This document shows, piece by piece, positions 1-14,065 of a stretch of 64,000 nt of DNA. The stretch's first letter is position 1. Every line of letters starts with the position of its first letter. The position numbers were made by a program, and so were the translations under genes. The DNA comes from Chrysomallon squamiferum (Eukaryota; Animalia; Mollusca): positions 30,008,001 through 30,072,000 of the forward strand of contig CM022679.1 of the NCBI GenBank assembly GCA_012295275.1, in the 5' to 3' direction. The notes under the pieces were generated by a model that worked only from the letters and a program-made list of their open reading frames with translations, made no database searches and had not been told where the DNA came from.

Positions 1-519
1 ATAATTAAAAGAATTCTTAGTATATTTTTGCAATATTCTTGCGATGCAAACCCCAGAAAATATAAGTGAAAATTCAAAATAAAAAATTCATTTAAACATA
101 TATATATTAGTTATTTGGGGTGTTTCTGGTCTTTTTTTTTTTTTTTTTTCTTTGTGTGTGTGAACATACAGAACTTATTTTTTCTAATTTAATTACATCA
201 TTTGTTTTAATGATCATAAAACAGTAAATAAATAATAATATTAACAACAAGAAGAGCAACAAGAACAACAACAATTATAATAATAATACTAATAATGAAG
301 ATGAAGATGATGATGATGATGATAGTAATAATAATAATGATAATGATAATAATCATAACAGTAATAATAATAATAGTGATCATGATGATAATAATAATTT
401 TTGATAAGAACAATAATTATAGTAGTAGTAAATAAATAAATAAATAAGCAGAAGCCACATGTATAGGTACATAAATCATCCATCCATCCATCCATCCATA
501 TATGCATATAAACATACAC

Positions 520-945
520 ACATACATACATACATGCATACATTCATACATACATACATACATACATACATACATACATACATACATACATACATACATA
601 CATACATACATACATACATACATACACACATACATACATACATACATACATACATACATACATACATACATACATACATACATACATACATACATACATA
701 CATACATACACACACACACATACATACATACATACATACATACATACATACATACATACATACATACACATACACACACACATACATACATACATACATA
801 CATACATACATACATACATACATACATACATACATACATACATACATACATACATACATACATACATACACACACACATACATACATACATACATACATA
901 CATACATACACACATACATACATACATGCATACATTCATACATAT
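520..945. repeat. (TACA)n/(CA)n microsatellite
   Basis: Direct reading: long TACA tetranucleotide array with CA interruptions. It explains the MYVC/HTYI pseudo-ORFs. Confidence 0.97.
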
Positions 946-1188
946 CTGAATTAATGGCTTTGAGTATATATGCTGATGTTTTTTTCTTCTTCTTCTTTTG
1001 AAAATCAGTTTTACTTTTCGGTCTGACTGACCAAGAATGATTCTGGAGTACAAAAACAATATTTACCTACATTATTAATGTAATTATTTATGAAAATAAA
1101 AAAAAAAATAAAAAAATTTCATTATTTACACGTCCGGAGATATGAATTGATTTGACAGATGAAATGTCAAATAATGCAGTAATACAAA

Positions 1189-1239
<51 letters not shown>

Positions 1240-2334
1240 ATTAATTAATAAATAAAATAAAATAAAAAATGATATAGAATCATTCCTGTACTTTCAATTA
1301 TTTCTTTATAGTGTATATGTGCAGTGATTACTATCAAAAAACATATTACATAAATATTTTTGCTTAGTTCTAGTTCTTTTGTTGTTGTTTTTTCCCCAAT
1401 CAGCCTAGTTTTTGGTGGTTTGTTAGTTTTTGGTGGTTTGTTAGTTTTTGGTGGTTTGTTTGTTTTGGGGTCTGGGGTTGCTTATTTCTTTTCTGTTAAT
1501 CACGATGACTCTCTTAGACAATCCTCTTGCTGCATCCATTTTCACATTTTCCCGTTCTAACCAGAGTCTGACGACCAGCGTGTCAGACTGAACAGAATGT
1601 GCTAGTCGTTAATGAGTTAGAAAACGAACATAAACGAAATGTTGCTGATGACACATGGCAGTAGACAACACGGTTTCCACCGTGGATTTCTTTTCTAATA
1701 TATTGTTGTACACAAATTACAGTTTATATAAAAAAACAAAAAATCCTAAAAAAACAGTACATCAAGGAGTTGCGGTCGGTTTGGTTTCTAACACAAGCTT
1801 ACTGAAGATTTGGTAGTGAATAAATAATGCGTTTTCTATGCATAATTCTTCTCGTTCGTTTATATGACAGTAGCGCTGAATTTCACAATTAAAATTAGTG
1901 TTGTGTTTCTTTCAAGACGTCGATTTACTTAAATAAACGGTTAATTAACAATTCATTCACCAGGCAGGCTGTGACTCAGTGGTTAGATTAGCTGGTTGAT
2001 GGTGAATTACAAAATCTATTAGTTTACAAAGCATCATTTGATGGTGAATTACAAAATCGATTCTCTTCCGTGGTGTCATTGTCTAATTTCTTAGACCCTC
2101 ATTTCTTTGACTGCCTGAATGGATGTAGAAGACACTTTGGTTCTGCTAAATAATAATACAAAAAAAGATAATAGTAATAAAAAATAAGTCAGTATATTGA
2201 TCAAAGGAAGTAAACACGTTGAATGAAATATTTATGTCTTCCTTCAAACTCATTCACTGTATTAAATGTATTTTATCACGTGACACTGGTTACGCAGTTA
2301 ATGAGTACAACGACTTCATTGTAAATTTACAATT

Positions 2335-2462
<128 letters not shown>

Positions 2463-3562
2463 ACAAACCCGTAGGAATTTGATAACTGAAATGAGAGATA
2501 GTGATTGATTTGACTTCGTTTGGGTATGACCGAAAAAAACATCTATTGTGACAATCCACGATGGCCGCTGTCACTCATGGAAAATAGAGAAAATGGCACT
2601 ACTCAGGAACTACTTGACACCTTGAATAACGTTCAATAATCTGGAACATAATTCAGGTTTGATGATGGTAAAGGTCGTCCAAAAAACGTCACGGTAAAAG
2701 TCATTTTTGGGGATAGGGAAATTTCGCACAGAAATTAGGGTTTGAGCCACTTTTACTATACACAGTCGATAGTATAGTAGTAGGTCAAGGTCATGAAAAT
2801 GCTGCAAAAGTGAATTTGTTGTCTTTGATGCAAGGGTGCATTCTACTGGTTAGGACACGTTATCTAGACAAGTAGATTTCTTTCTAATTTTTCTCTTTTA
2901 TGCAATTTCCGGGGAATGTAGCTAGGGAGAAAGGTATTGGTTGACCTAAAGAATAACAACATCAGGTTGGAATTATTTTTCAGTGTAGACAGAGCCTTTT
3001 ATTAAACTATTTATCTAAGTGGATATTTCTTTGATATGTGTTTAATTGCTGTTATTTCTTTGTGCCTTAATAGTTTATGAAGCTTCTGCCCAGTTTATTA
3101 CACGTTAAATTGCTTATTATTTTTTTGTAGCTCAGCTTATAAACTGTCTCTGTCTGTTAATTGTCACCTTGACAGGTTTCAACCAGTTTTTATTTATCTA
3201 AGCCAGTTTGTTGTTTAAAGTGTAATAAGAGTTTATAATAAATTTTGTTCTATGACAGTTTCAAAGAGCGTCTGGTAGTTATACATCTGACTAAGTCAAA
3301 GCGACTATTATTTTGTCCTGATCTGTCAACCATTACTAACCTGTCAACATACTTAATACTGCCACAACAGTTCGATCCTCGACGGATCGCTTGTTGGTGA
3401 AATATTTATCAGATCTTGCCGAGTGCTCACTGGTGCACAAATGAACACTGTGTTAACAACGTGTTTGTTTTCGAATTCAGGAAGTAAACGTAAAACCCTC
3501 TCCTCTAAGTGTTTTAACCGTCTGAATTACAGAGGTGCCCAGTACCTTTCTAAATAGTGATT

Positions 3563-4900
3563 GAAACCCATAGATACTCATCGTATCCCTGTGTAGAGAC
3601 TATAACCCATAGGTACTCATCGTATCCCTGTGTAGAGACTATAACCCATAGGTACTCATCGTATCCCTGTGTAGAGACTATAACCCATAGGTACTCATCG
3701 TATCCCCGTGTAGACTGAAACCCATAGATACTCATCGTATCCCTGTGTAGAGACTATAACCCATAGGTACTCATCGTATCCCCGTGTAGACTGAAACCCA
3801 TAGATACTCATCGTATCCCTGTGTAGAGACTATAACCCATAGGTACTCATCTTATCCCCGTGTAGACTGAAACCCATAGATACTCATCGTATCCCTGTGT
3901 AGAGACTATAACCCATAGGTCCTCATCGTATCCCCGTGTAGACTGAATCCCATAGATACTCATCGTATCCCTGTGTAGACTATAACCCATAGATACTCAT
4001 CGTATCCCTGTGTAGACTATAACCCATAGGTCCTCATCGTATCCCCGTGTAGACTGAATCCCATAGGTACTCATCGTATCCCCGAGTAGACTGAATCCCA
4101 TAGGTACTCATCGTATCCCTGTGTAGACTATATCCCATAGGTCCTCATCGTATCCCTGTGTAGACTATAACCCATAGGTCCTCATCGTATCCCCGTGTAG
4201 ACTGAATCCCATAGGTACTCATCGTATCCCCTGAGTAGACTGAATCCCATAGGTACTCATCGTATCCCTGTGTAGACTATATCCCATAGGTCCTCATCGT
4301 ATCCCTGTGTAGACTATAACCCATAGGTCCTCATCGTATCCCCGTGTAGACTGAATCCCATAGGTACTCATCGTATCCCCGAGTAGACTGAATCCCATAG
4401 GTACTCATCGTATCCCTGTGTAGACTATATCCCATAGGTCCTCATCGTATCCCTGTGTAGACTATAACCCATAGGTACTCATCGTATCCCCCTGTAGACT
4501 GAAACCCATAGATGCTCATCGTATCCCTGTGTAGACTATAACCCATAAATACTCATCGTATCCCTGTGTAGACTATAACCCATAGGTACTCATCGTATCC
4601 CCGAGTAGACTAAATCCTATAGGTACTCATCGTATCCCCGTGTAGACTGAAACCGATAGATACTCATCGTATCCCTGTGTAGACTATAACCCATAGGTAC
4701 TCATCGTATCCCTGTGTAGACTATAACCCATAGGTACTCATCGTATCCCTGTGTAGACTGAAACCCATAGATACTCATCGTACCCCTCTGTAGACTATAA
4801 CCCATAGGTACTCATCGTATCCCTGTGTAGACTATAACCCATAGGTACTCATCGTATCCCCGTGTAGACTGAATCCCATTGGTACTCATCGTATCCCAGT
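3563..4900. repeat. 37-39 bp minisatellite, about 36 units
   Basis: Consensus cccataggtactcatcgtatccctgtgtagactataa, with variants ending -gactgaat/-gactgaaa (37 bp) or -agagactataa (39 bp). Head-to-tail with no unique spacers. Confidence 0.95.
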
Positions 4901-5030
4901 ATATAACAAAACCCATCATAGCCATTCACTGAAATGGAATGATTATAAATATTCTACATAGTTTTCATTTATTTTCGAAATACCTTATTAATAAAACAAA
5001 TTTACGTTTACGATATGCCAACCTGGAATA

Positions 5031-5350
5031 TTTTTTGTTAATAAAACTGAGCTACATGACTACCTGTACTGTTTTTGTTAATAAAACTTAGCTATATGAC
5101 AACCTGTAACGTTTTTGTTAATAAAACTTAGCTACATGACTACCTGAAATGTTTTTATTAATAAAACTAAGCTACATGACTACCTGAAATGTTTTTATTA
5201 ATAAAACTAAGCTACATGACTACCTGAAATGTTTTTGTTAATAAAACTAAGCTTCTTGACTACCTGTAATGTTTTTGTTAATAAAAGTAAGCTTTCTAAC
5301 TATTAGTAATGTTTTTGTTAATAAAACACAAATTTCTAAATATTAGAATT
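5031..5350. repeat. 40 bp minisatellite, about 8 units
   Basis: Unit gtttttgttaataaaacttagctacatgactacctgaaat, containing the quasi-palindrome TTTT(G/A)TTAATAAAA. Confidence 0.9.
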
Positions 5351-5475
5351 ACTTTTATTTGTTGATCAAACCAAACTGGCTATTTGTAACCTGTTTCTTC
5401 AGAAAACATAGTTTGACGTTTTAAAACAACTTTTCCCACACAATAATACTGCAATATAAATCGTTTTATTTCGTT

Positions 5476-5632
<157 letters not shown>

Positions 5633-6865
5633 TGTCATGTAAAAATGAAAATGAAGCAAGCTGCTTCCAATCATATTCAGCCATTAATGTTATATGACGT
5701 CAGTTACTAGGAGACGATAGCTTTTATCTGTTATATAAGTATGTAGTAGTTCTATACAGTAATACGTCAAGTATTGCAGTACTTGTTCTCACTATATATT
5801 TTATAAAGTGATTATTTAATATAACTATAGTATTTACTGTTTGCCAATTAAACCATCATCTACTCGGAATTTTTATTATTATTATGCACATAATATTTCT
5901 TTACTTATTGTAAAGTTAATCAGCATTAATTACTGACAAAAAAATAATAATAATTATAAAATAAAAAGATTGAGGAGGTGAAATTATATATTTATAAAAT
6001 ACAATTTTTAAAAATTAAATCCGATTTAATAAAATAAGGAAACAAATATTATTCATCAATACCCAATTTAAGTACGCCTAAGACAAACAGAATATTATAA
6101 TTTAATTTATCAAAAATGTCATAATCCTCAAATGATGCGTGCGAAAATAAAACTCTTTGCTTTAATATAAAAAAAAAAAAAACATAAAAGGTCTTGCAAC
6201 CAACATACTATTTGTTTCCTATTCAAAATTACTGCATGGAACTGATTTCTGGAAATTTTATCCGTTTAGTTTTAAAATGACAAGAGAAGATCAGCATATA
6301 TTTCTCTTTTCTTTACATTTCTTCACGCTTGTCATGTTATTGATCTCTTGTGAAAAGACATTGACTACATACATAATGAAGAACACAAACACAACAACCG
6401 ATAAACAATACTTCGTGGATTATGTTTTCCTGCTTGCAAACTGAATGAATCCACATTACTAATTGACAGAATCTTCTGACTGTAGAAAAATACATTTTCA
6501 AAAGAGCTACAGTGATATGTTTAACAATTAATGACATATTTGTGCAAACACTGACTATTTTATTATACGTCAACGGCTAAGAAGTTAGTGTCGCAGAGTC
6601 AAGTGAGTGTAAAATAATTGAGAGAACGATGTAGTAACGTGTGTAAATTGTTAAAACGTCTTTCTTCAAAAGTTGTTGTTTTTGTTTGTGTCAGTATGTA
6701 CAGTAATATAAACTATTTCAGTTTTTAATATTGTGGTTTCTGTAATACGAATGTTTTAAAAACTATAAATCTGCGTCCCTATTGGCTTAAATACAAAGAA
6801 TATTTGAAACATTTTCAAACTGTTATCGCTCAAGTTTCGATCTATAGACAGAAGAATCTTCAAAC

Positions 6866-7180
6866 ATGTTTTTCAAACACTTGTTTCCTGGACTTCTAAT
6901 TCTTCACTTCTTTCGATTAACTTCGTGCCACTGTCCTGTATGTACCAACTACGACAACTTCAGTGATCTCTTTCAATACAACACTGGATCTTCAAGCACA
7001 TTTCTTGGGTTCAGAGACTTCGGACTACTACGATGTGTTCAGCAATGTCTGTTCAGAACAAGATGTCAGAGCATTAACTTTGACATTACCACGAACATTT
7101 GTGAACTAAACCAGGAAAGCAACGGCAGTCTGCAATTTAGAAATGGAAGTATTTACTCTGAAATACAGAACTGGCCAAAG
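6866..7180 (+). CDS. Secreted PAN/apple-EGF-like-C-type lectin gene, exon 1 (signal peptide + PAN/apple-like domain)
   Basis: ATG at 6866 with hydrophobic N-terminus MFFKHLFPGLLILHFFRLTSC. The pattern CVQQCLFRTRCQSINFDITTNICELN matches the PAN/apple C-x3-C-x5-C-x-S-x-N-(F/Y)...C-x-L motif. Ends AAG|gtatgt at 7180/7181; 315 nt, phase 0. Confidence 0.85.
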
Positions 7181-7886
7181 GTATGTAAATGTGATGTGAT
7201 ATTTTTTCTTTTATTTTTTTCTTGTATTAAATAGTACACGAACGATGACTACAAAACCACGAGTTGTTTCTGTGTTGGGGAAGAGGTCAAGCGATTGTCG
7301 GCAGCATCCGCTTGTTCTAGCACGCTCTTCAGTAGATGTTTGAATTTACCATTAATACCGTTTCTGTCCTGTGTATCAGTATCTGAGTACCACGTCTACG
7401 TTCAGTAACAAATTTGTCAACTGCTAATGTCACACGTGTCTTCTAGCCTCATTAAACTTTCGCCACAAAAAAAATTTCTGTTTTTCATATTCTGGCGAGG
7501 AAATGTTTACAGACACCAAAATGAGTTCCCTTCAGAACTTTAGAGTTTCTTCAGACAATGCTTTTGTCTTTAAGTCTTTCAAATCTAGCAATGATTTGTC
7601 TTGTCAAACTGGAGTTTGATACTTTTCTAGCGTTACAGTGCACACGATCAAATGTAAAAATATTTTCATATTTCATTTGTTCTTTAGATAATATCACGTT
7701 TCCTGTTTACGGGAAGGTCAAATTATAAAATTTCCTTCAGCGAACCAAAACGATATTTAGAAAGAGTAATAAAAACAAAAAAACAAACCATTAAAACGTT
7801 GTTATTTGAAGACTATGAACAGTTTGTTTAACATTAAAATGTTATTTTACTGAAATAATAAAACTTCTGATATTTCTTTATTTCAG

Positions 7887-7971
7887 AGACTTGCCCTTGA
7901 GTGTGAGAATCACAGATGTGAAAACGGTACAGTCTGTACAACTGATAGAAAAACAACAAACTGCAGAGCAG
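7887..7971 (+). CDS. Lectin gene exon 2 (short Cys-rich EGF-like segment; not in the ORF track)
   Basis: Acceptor tatttctttatttcag|; translates RLALECENHRCENGTVCTTDRKTTNCRA; donor CAG|gtacag. 85 nt, phase 0 to phase 1, compatible with both neighbouring exons. Confidence 0.8.
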
Positions 7972-8659
7972 GTACAGTAATACAACTAAATCAATATTTT
8001 TTTTTTAAAGAAGTATTTGTTCAAATTTGCTTTACAAAACTTGAAATAAAATATTTGTCAATAATAATGACTGATTAATTCCCCAAAACTAATTGTTCAA
8101 TATATATCTCCACCTTTTTATCTATCTCTAGTCAGTGTGTAACAGAATCTTATGAATATATATACATTTATGATTTATTAATATTTTGTTTTTTTTCTAT
8201 TTAATGGAAAACACTGATTTTGCTAATTGTAAACAAATTAACCTTTGCCTTTTGTTTCTCATCGTTGCTTTTTTGTTGTTTTTTTGTATTATCTTTAATC
8301 AGATTGTTTAAAAAGTGTTGAGCACGTCGTTTGATAAAATGAGGTTTGTTATTTCATAGACAAGCATCCGGTGTATTTTTCTTATTTCGTATCTATTAAG
8401 AATCCATATATATCCGTTTTGTCCAATATCGACTAAAACCTATAGGTGGTACTCATTGTATCACAGACTCATTAAACCCAGAAATAATAGATGTATCCCA
8501 TGTCGAAGCATCCAGTATATAATAAAACATTTAGGTAATGATAGTATCCATAATCCAGAGATACTTGGACAGATTCAAATTTATACATGGACTTTTCTCT
8601 CATTATTTTATTATTGTTGTTGTTTGTTTATTTATTTATTTACTTACTTATTCAATCAG

Positions 8660-8836
8660 AAACATCACCTCTGGATGTTGGATACACCAAGGCCTCTACT
8701 TTCCCCTTCTTTTACAAGATTCATGAAGCTTTAACCTCGTTTGAGAAGGCTAGAAACACGTGTATAGAAGAAGGGGGACAGTTGGTGGAAATACAGTCTG
8801 CTGAGAAAAATAATTATATAAAAGAAGTTATAAAAG
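8660..8836 (+). CDS. Lectin gene exon 3 (N-terminal half of the C-type lectin domain)
   Basis: Acceptor ttattcaatcag|; ETSPLDVGYTKASTFPFFYKIHEALTSFEKARNTCIEEGGQLVEIQSAEKNNYIKEVIK carries the CTLD F-x2-A-x3-C-x3-GG-x-L-x-x-I-x-S pattern; donor AAG|gtacga. 177 nt, phase 1 to phase 1. Confidence 0.85.
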
Positions 8837-9135
8837 GTACGAGATGATCGACAGAAACATTTTATTATTGTCAAATATGATCTCTTTCCTTCCTCTTCTT
8901 ACTGCTGTAACGACAACAACTACTACTACTACTTCTACTACTTCAACTACAACTGCTGTTATTGTTGTTAAGCTTTTGTTTCTGTTGTCATTGTTATTCT
9001 TATAATGAAAGTGGCTTATTTTTTCGTTGTTCCTTCTAAGGTTTTTCGTAGGGATTTCTGTAGGGTTTTATTGTTGTTGTTTTTTTCTTTACTATTCTTA
9101 TCAGTGATATTATTTGTTTTATTTTACATTATTGT

Positions 9136-9281
<146 letters not shown>

Positions 9282-9541
9282 CCCTTCTGGTAGTATCCAC
9301 AGCATACTTGAATAGAATTAACCTAAGCTAAACTGAACTGTAGAAAATAGAAACAGTTATTTTAAATTTAGATATTTTATCACTTATCTGAATTTGAATT
9401 AAACGTATTACTTACTATACAGCAATACTATGCACCCTTTCTGAAAGGGAGCAAAATCATTTAATTCTGTCTGTTCGTAAAATTAATTAAAACTCATACC
9501 AGTTTAAAACATTACCTTTCTCTTTTCTCTCTTCATTTTAG

Positions 9542-9771
9542 ATGTTGACACACTTATAGTGAGTTTCGGTGCAACTGACAGACTGAAAGAGGACGAATGG
9601 AGATGGAATTCCAGTGACACAGAAGTCGTGTTTACTGACTGGTACCCTGGCCAGCCTAACAACAAGAACGGTGAGGAAAACTGTGCAGGATTTAAAAAGT
9701 CGTTTGACTGGAAATGGAATGATTATAGATGTTATAGAAACTTTTCGTCTATTTGCGAAATACCTTTTTAA
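9542..9771 (+). CDS. Lectin gene exon 4 (C-terminal half of the CTLD, stop)
   Basis: Long pyrimidine tract then tttag|; DVDTLIVSFGATDRLKEDEWRW...FTDWYPGQPNNKNGEENCAG...WKWNDYRC...ICEIPF*, with QPN and WND motifs. The four exons sum to 807 nt = 268 aa + stop, with no internal stop. Confidence 0.9.
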
Positions 9772-9827
9772 CAGCACGTTGACGATGCTCAGGAAAAAGG
9801 AATAATAATAATAATAATAATAATAAA

Positions 9828-9860
<33 letters not shown>

Positions 9861-10019
9861 ATTAATAATTTGTATAATAATAATAATAATAATAATAAAA
9901 TAAAATAAAACAAACAAGCAAACAAACAAACAAACAAACAAAACGGTAACAACGAATAGGTTGTAGGAAACTTTACAACTAAATTAAAATATTATAGGCA
10001 GCATTCTTATAAATCGTAA

Positions 10020-10280
10020 GTCATTATATTATGCACGTTTAAAATTGTAAGCGTTAGATCCATGCTCATAAAGGTAAGCATTATACGTACATTTAAAAAC
10101 TTAGGTTATTATATGTACGTTTAAAAAGGTAAGTTATTATTATGTATGTTTAGGTAAGTATTATATGCACGTCTAAAAAAGAAAGGTATAGGTAAATAAA
10201 GGTAAGCCTATAATATGTTTATAAATGTAAGTTATTAGGTGAATGTTTATTAAGGTAAAATATTATATACACATTTATAA
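10020..10280. repeat. Degenerate 27-30 bp tandem repeat
   Basis: Recurrent aaaggtaagttattatatg(c/t)acgttta-like units. Confidence 0.65.
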
Positions 10281-10449
10281 AGATAAATTGTTATTTGCGA
10301 AGCAAAACATTATATAATTAAAACAGATGAAAGGGTAAACTTCTGAATACGAAACTGGTTAGATGTGTGTGAAAGAAAACACGAGCTTAAACAGTTTGTA
10401 GTTAGTTTGTTAATCTTTTTATTACCTGGTTTTAAAACAGAAAGCAGGC

Positions 10450-10770
10450 AATGTTATTATCAATAAAACGAAACATTTTGGCAGCGTGTAATGTTCTTGT
10501 TAATAAAAACCAAGAAATTTGACTGTTTGTTAATAAAACCAAGACATTTTACTATTTTGTGATGTTTTTTGTTTTTGTTTTGTTTTGTTAATAAAACCAG
10601 ACAATATGACTATTTGTAATGAATTTGTTAATAAAGCGATGTAGTTCGACTACTTGTGATTTTGTTGTTAATGAAACCAGGCATTTGACTGTTTGTAATG
10701 TTACTTTTGTTCATAAAGCCAAACAGTGTGGCTATTTGTAACGTATGTGTTAAAAGAACCACGAAATGTG
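10450..10770. repeat. Degenerate array related to the 40 bp minisatellite at 5031-5350
   Basis: Repeated ttgttaataaaacc...tgact(a/g)tttgtaatg units in the same orientation as the 5031-5350 array. Confidence 0.7.
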
Positions 10771-10878
10771 ACTACAATTTCGTTAACAAAGGATTCTGAG
10801 GAGTTATTCGTTCCCTTTGGGGAATCAAAGATATTTAGCGATTTTCACGTCTTTGACAAATTTGCATGGTTAAATAAT

Positions 10879-10910
<32 letters not shown>

Positions 10911-10952
10911 GAAATATGTATATATATATATATGTGTGTGTGTTTGAAATTT

Positions 10953-11029
<77 letters not shown>

Positions 11030-11689
11030 GTATTGCAAAAAAGTTAATATTCATAATAGAAATAATAATAATAATAATAATGATGACGATGATGATGATG
11101 ATGTTGTGTAGAAGAAGAATAAAAACACAAATAAATTAATATAAGAAGAAAAGTAATAAGTGCATGCTCAGTATGGACGGAAAACCTGCTTAAGTAGATT
11201 AATCAAGGGAGATAAATATTCTAATCATAACGATTATGATGTCTACTGGTGTTATCTTTTCCTGTTAATAATAATAAGAAGAAGAAGAACAATAGTTCTA
11301 GTAGCAGTAGTAGTATTAGTAGTAGCTGTAGCAGTAACAGCAGCAGCAACAGCAGTAGTAGTACTAGTAGTAGAGGTCGTAATAGTTGTAGTAACAGTAG
11401 TAAAATATGTTCGACTCTCGTTAGCTGCATCTGACGGTTTTAGGTCGTGATTGGACTTTGTCCTCCTGTGATACAACGTTCCCGAATATTGTCTACGTGC
11501 AAAGTCTAAACAGAAGTACATACGACAGGGTATATTCAGTCCTAAACACAGTGATGTATACATACATAATATATATTAACAACAGCACTATCAGCATCAA
11601 CAAAAACTAAGAAATAGTAATAAGTAGTAGTAGTAATAAGTAATAGTAACAGTAGCGGTAATACTAGTAGTCCGTCATAGACGAAGAAG

Positions 11690-12720
11690 AAGTAGTATAT
11701 AGTAGTACTAATAGTAGTAGCAGTATATAGTAGTACTAATAGTAGTAGTAGTATATAGTAGTACTAATAGTAGTAGCAGTATATAGTAGTACTAATAGTA
11801 GTAGTATATAGTAGTACTAATAGTAGTAGTAGTATATAGTAGTAGTATTAATAGTAGTAGTATATAATAGTAGTAGTAGTTGCATTATATAGTAGTACTA
11901 ATAGTAGTAGTAGTATATAGTAGTACTAATAGTAGTTGCAGTATATAGTAGTACTAATAGTAGTAGCAGTATATAGTAGTACTAATAGTAGTAGCAGTAT
12001 ATAGTAGTACTAATAGTAGTAGCAGTATATAGTAGTACTAATAGTAGAAGTAGTATATAGTAGTACTAATAGTAGTAGTAGTATATAGTAGTACTAATAG
12101 TAGTAGCAGTATATAGTAGTACTAATAGTAGTAGCAGTATATAGTAGTATTAATAGTAGAAGTAGTATATAGTAGTACTAATAGTAGTTGCATTATATAG
12201 TAGTACTAATAGTAGTAGCAGTATATAGTAGTACTAATAGTAGTAGCAGTATATAGTAGTACTAATAGTAGTAGCAGTATATAGTAGTACTAATAGTAGT
12301 AGCAGTATATAGTAGTACTAATAGTAGTAGTAGTATATAGTAGTACTAATAGTAGAAGTAGTATATAGTAGTACTAAGTAGTAGTAGTATATAGTAGTAC
12401 TAATAGTAGTAGTAGTATATAGTAGTACTAATAGTAGTAGCAGTATATAGTAGTACTAATAGTAGTAGCAGTATATAGTAGTACTAATAGTAGTAGCAGT
12501 ATATAGTAGTACTAATAGTAGTAGCAGTATATAGTAGTACTAATAGTAGTAGCAGTATATAGTAGTACTACTAATAGTAGTAGTATATATAGTAGTACTA
12601 ATAGTAGTAGCAGTATATAGTAGTACTAATAGTAGTAGCAGTATATAGTAGTACTAATAGTAGAAGTAGTATATAGTAGTACTAATAGTAGTAGTAGTAT
12701 ATAGTAGTACTAATAGTAGT
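11690..12720. repeat. 28 bp minisatellite built from (AGT)n, about 37 units
   Basis: Unit agtatatagtagtactaatagtagtag(c/t). Confidence 0.95.
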
Positions 12721-12789
12721 TTACTGTAGGAATGTTGTCTAATCAGACAGAGAATATTCATTCATACATATGTACGTACTCACATACAG

Positions 12790-12836
<47 letters not shown>

Positions 12837-13091
12837 TATACATTTAGAAATGAAAAAGAAATTTATTACGAAATGTATTTTATATGGCTCTTGTTTTACT
12901 ATTTCTTCTGTTACTGAAATTATTATAATATATGACAACTGCCAATACTAGTTGTTCTGTCACCTGATAATTAAATTTAGAAAAAAAATAAATATATAAA
13001 TAAATATATAAATATATAAATAAATAAATAAATAAATAAGAAGAAAGAAATAAATAAGTAAATAAATAAATAAATTCATTCATTCATTAAT

Positions 13092-13128
<37 letters not shown>

Positions 13129-13214
13129 GTTAATAATAATAACAACAATAACAACAACAATAAATAAAAAAAATAAATAAATAAATAAACAAATAAATAA
13201 ACAAATAAATAATC

Positions 13215-13799
13215 CGTTAGCGCGGCAGTTGTATTTTTATACACACAGCTCTCCGTATAGTTTCACAGTTCATATTTTTTACAAAAAAAACAAGCTACAT
13301 CATCTTCGACATGCATTATACCGTTCAGAGCAAAACCCAAGTGATTCTGCCTCGTGTGCGACGCTAATGGGGACAAGCGCCTATTTTTACATACTTCGCA
13401 GATGATGTCTACTAGATTATCTCCCTTAGTCCCGTGGCACAAATATAGCTACATTAATGGGTCATGTGACTGCCAGAGCGTGCCCTAACGAAGCAGACGA
13501 GAGAACGTATTTCGAGGAAAGTACTAAATTATCGGAGTAGCGGTGTTGTGTTGTTCCGTTTGTGTTACTTTTTTTTTTTTCTACTCCTTTTGTCAAGTCC
13601 GTCGAGGATTTCACTGGTGAAAAGTGACAACCATGAAAAGCAAAGAAAAAGTGTGCATTTAAAAAAAACAAAAAAAAAACAACAACAGTAAGATTTAAAC
13701 GGAGAAACAAGCACGAGAAACAAAAGTAACAGAACCGTGCAGGATTAACGGGAACTGTCTGATTGTGTGTGCGGCGTTTTGTTTCCACGAACAAATAAG
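13215..13799 (+). promoter_or_regulatory. Putative promoter/5' UTR of the PKG Ialpha-type exon
   Basis: Non-repetitive, relatively CpG-rich stretch directly upstream of ATG 13800. The TSS cannot be defined from sequence alone. Confidence 0.4.
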
Positions 13800-14065
13800 A
13801 TGGGAAACTTGCAAGAATTGGAAAATCTGCTGCGGGTGAAGGAGGATAAAATAAGGGAGTTACAGCTGATGCTTGAAGAACGGGATGAGAAGATTCTGCT
13901 GCTAAAAAGCAAGCTGGACAAATTTAAGTCGGTCCTGCCCCAGGCCCCGCTTATTGTAGGTCCCAGGAAACAGAGAGCCCAGGGGATTAGTGCAGAGCCC
14001 CAGATACTCCAGTCCATCAATGACATCACTAAAGAACGCTTCAGGAAACATTCCAAATCAAACAG
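13800..14065 (+). CDS. PRKG1: cGMP-dependent protein kinase I, Ialpha-type first coding exon (leucine zipper + autoinhibitory segment)
   Basis: MGNLQELENLLRVKEDKIRELQLMLEERDEKILLLKSKLDKFKSVLP...GPRKQRAQGISAEPQ...FRKHSKSN(R) has heptad Leu/Ile repeats and the RAQGISAEP pseudosubstrate of vertebrate PKG Ialpha. Donor CAG|gtacgt at 14065/14066; 266 nt, phase 2. Confidence 0.9.

Noticed and set aside
207-1059. Long ORFs such as MYVC.../HTYI... (also 47047-48182 and the LSLSLS, RERERE, poly-I and poly-V ORFs throughout)
   Set aside because: They are stop-free frames of simple repeats.
3563-4900. CRISPR-like array of ~37-bp repeats
   Set aside because: Units are contiguous with no unique spacers, there are no cas genes, and the context is eukaryotic. 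It is a minisatellite; the same applies to 59296-60108.
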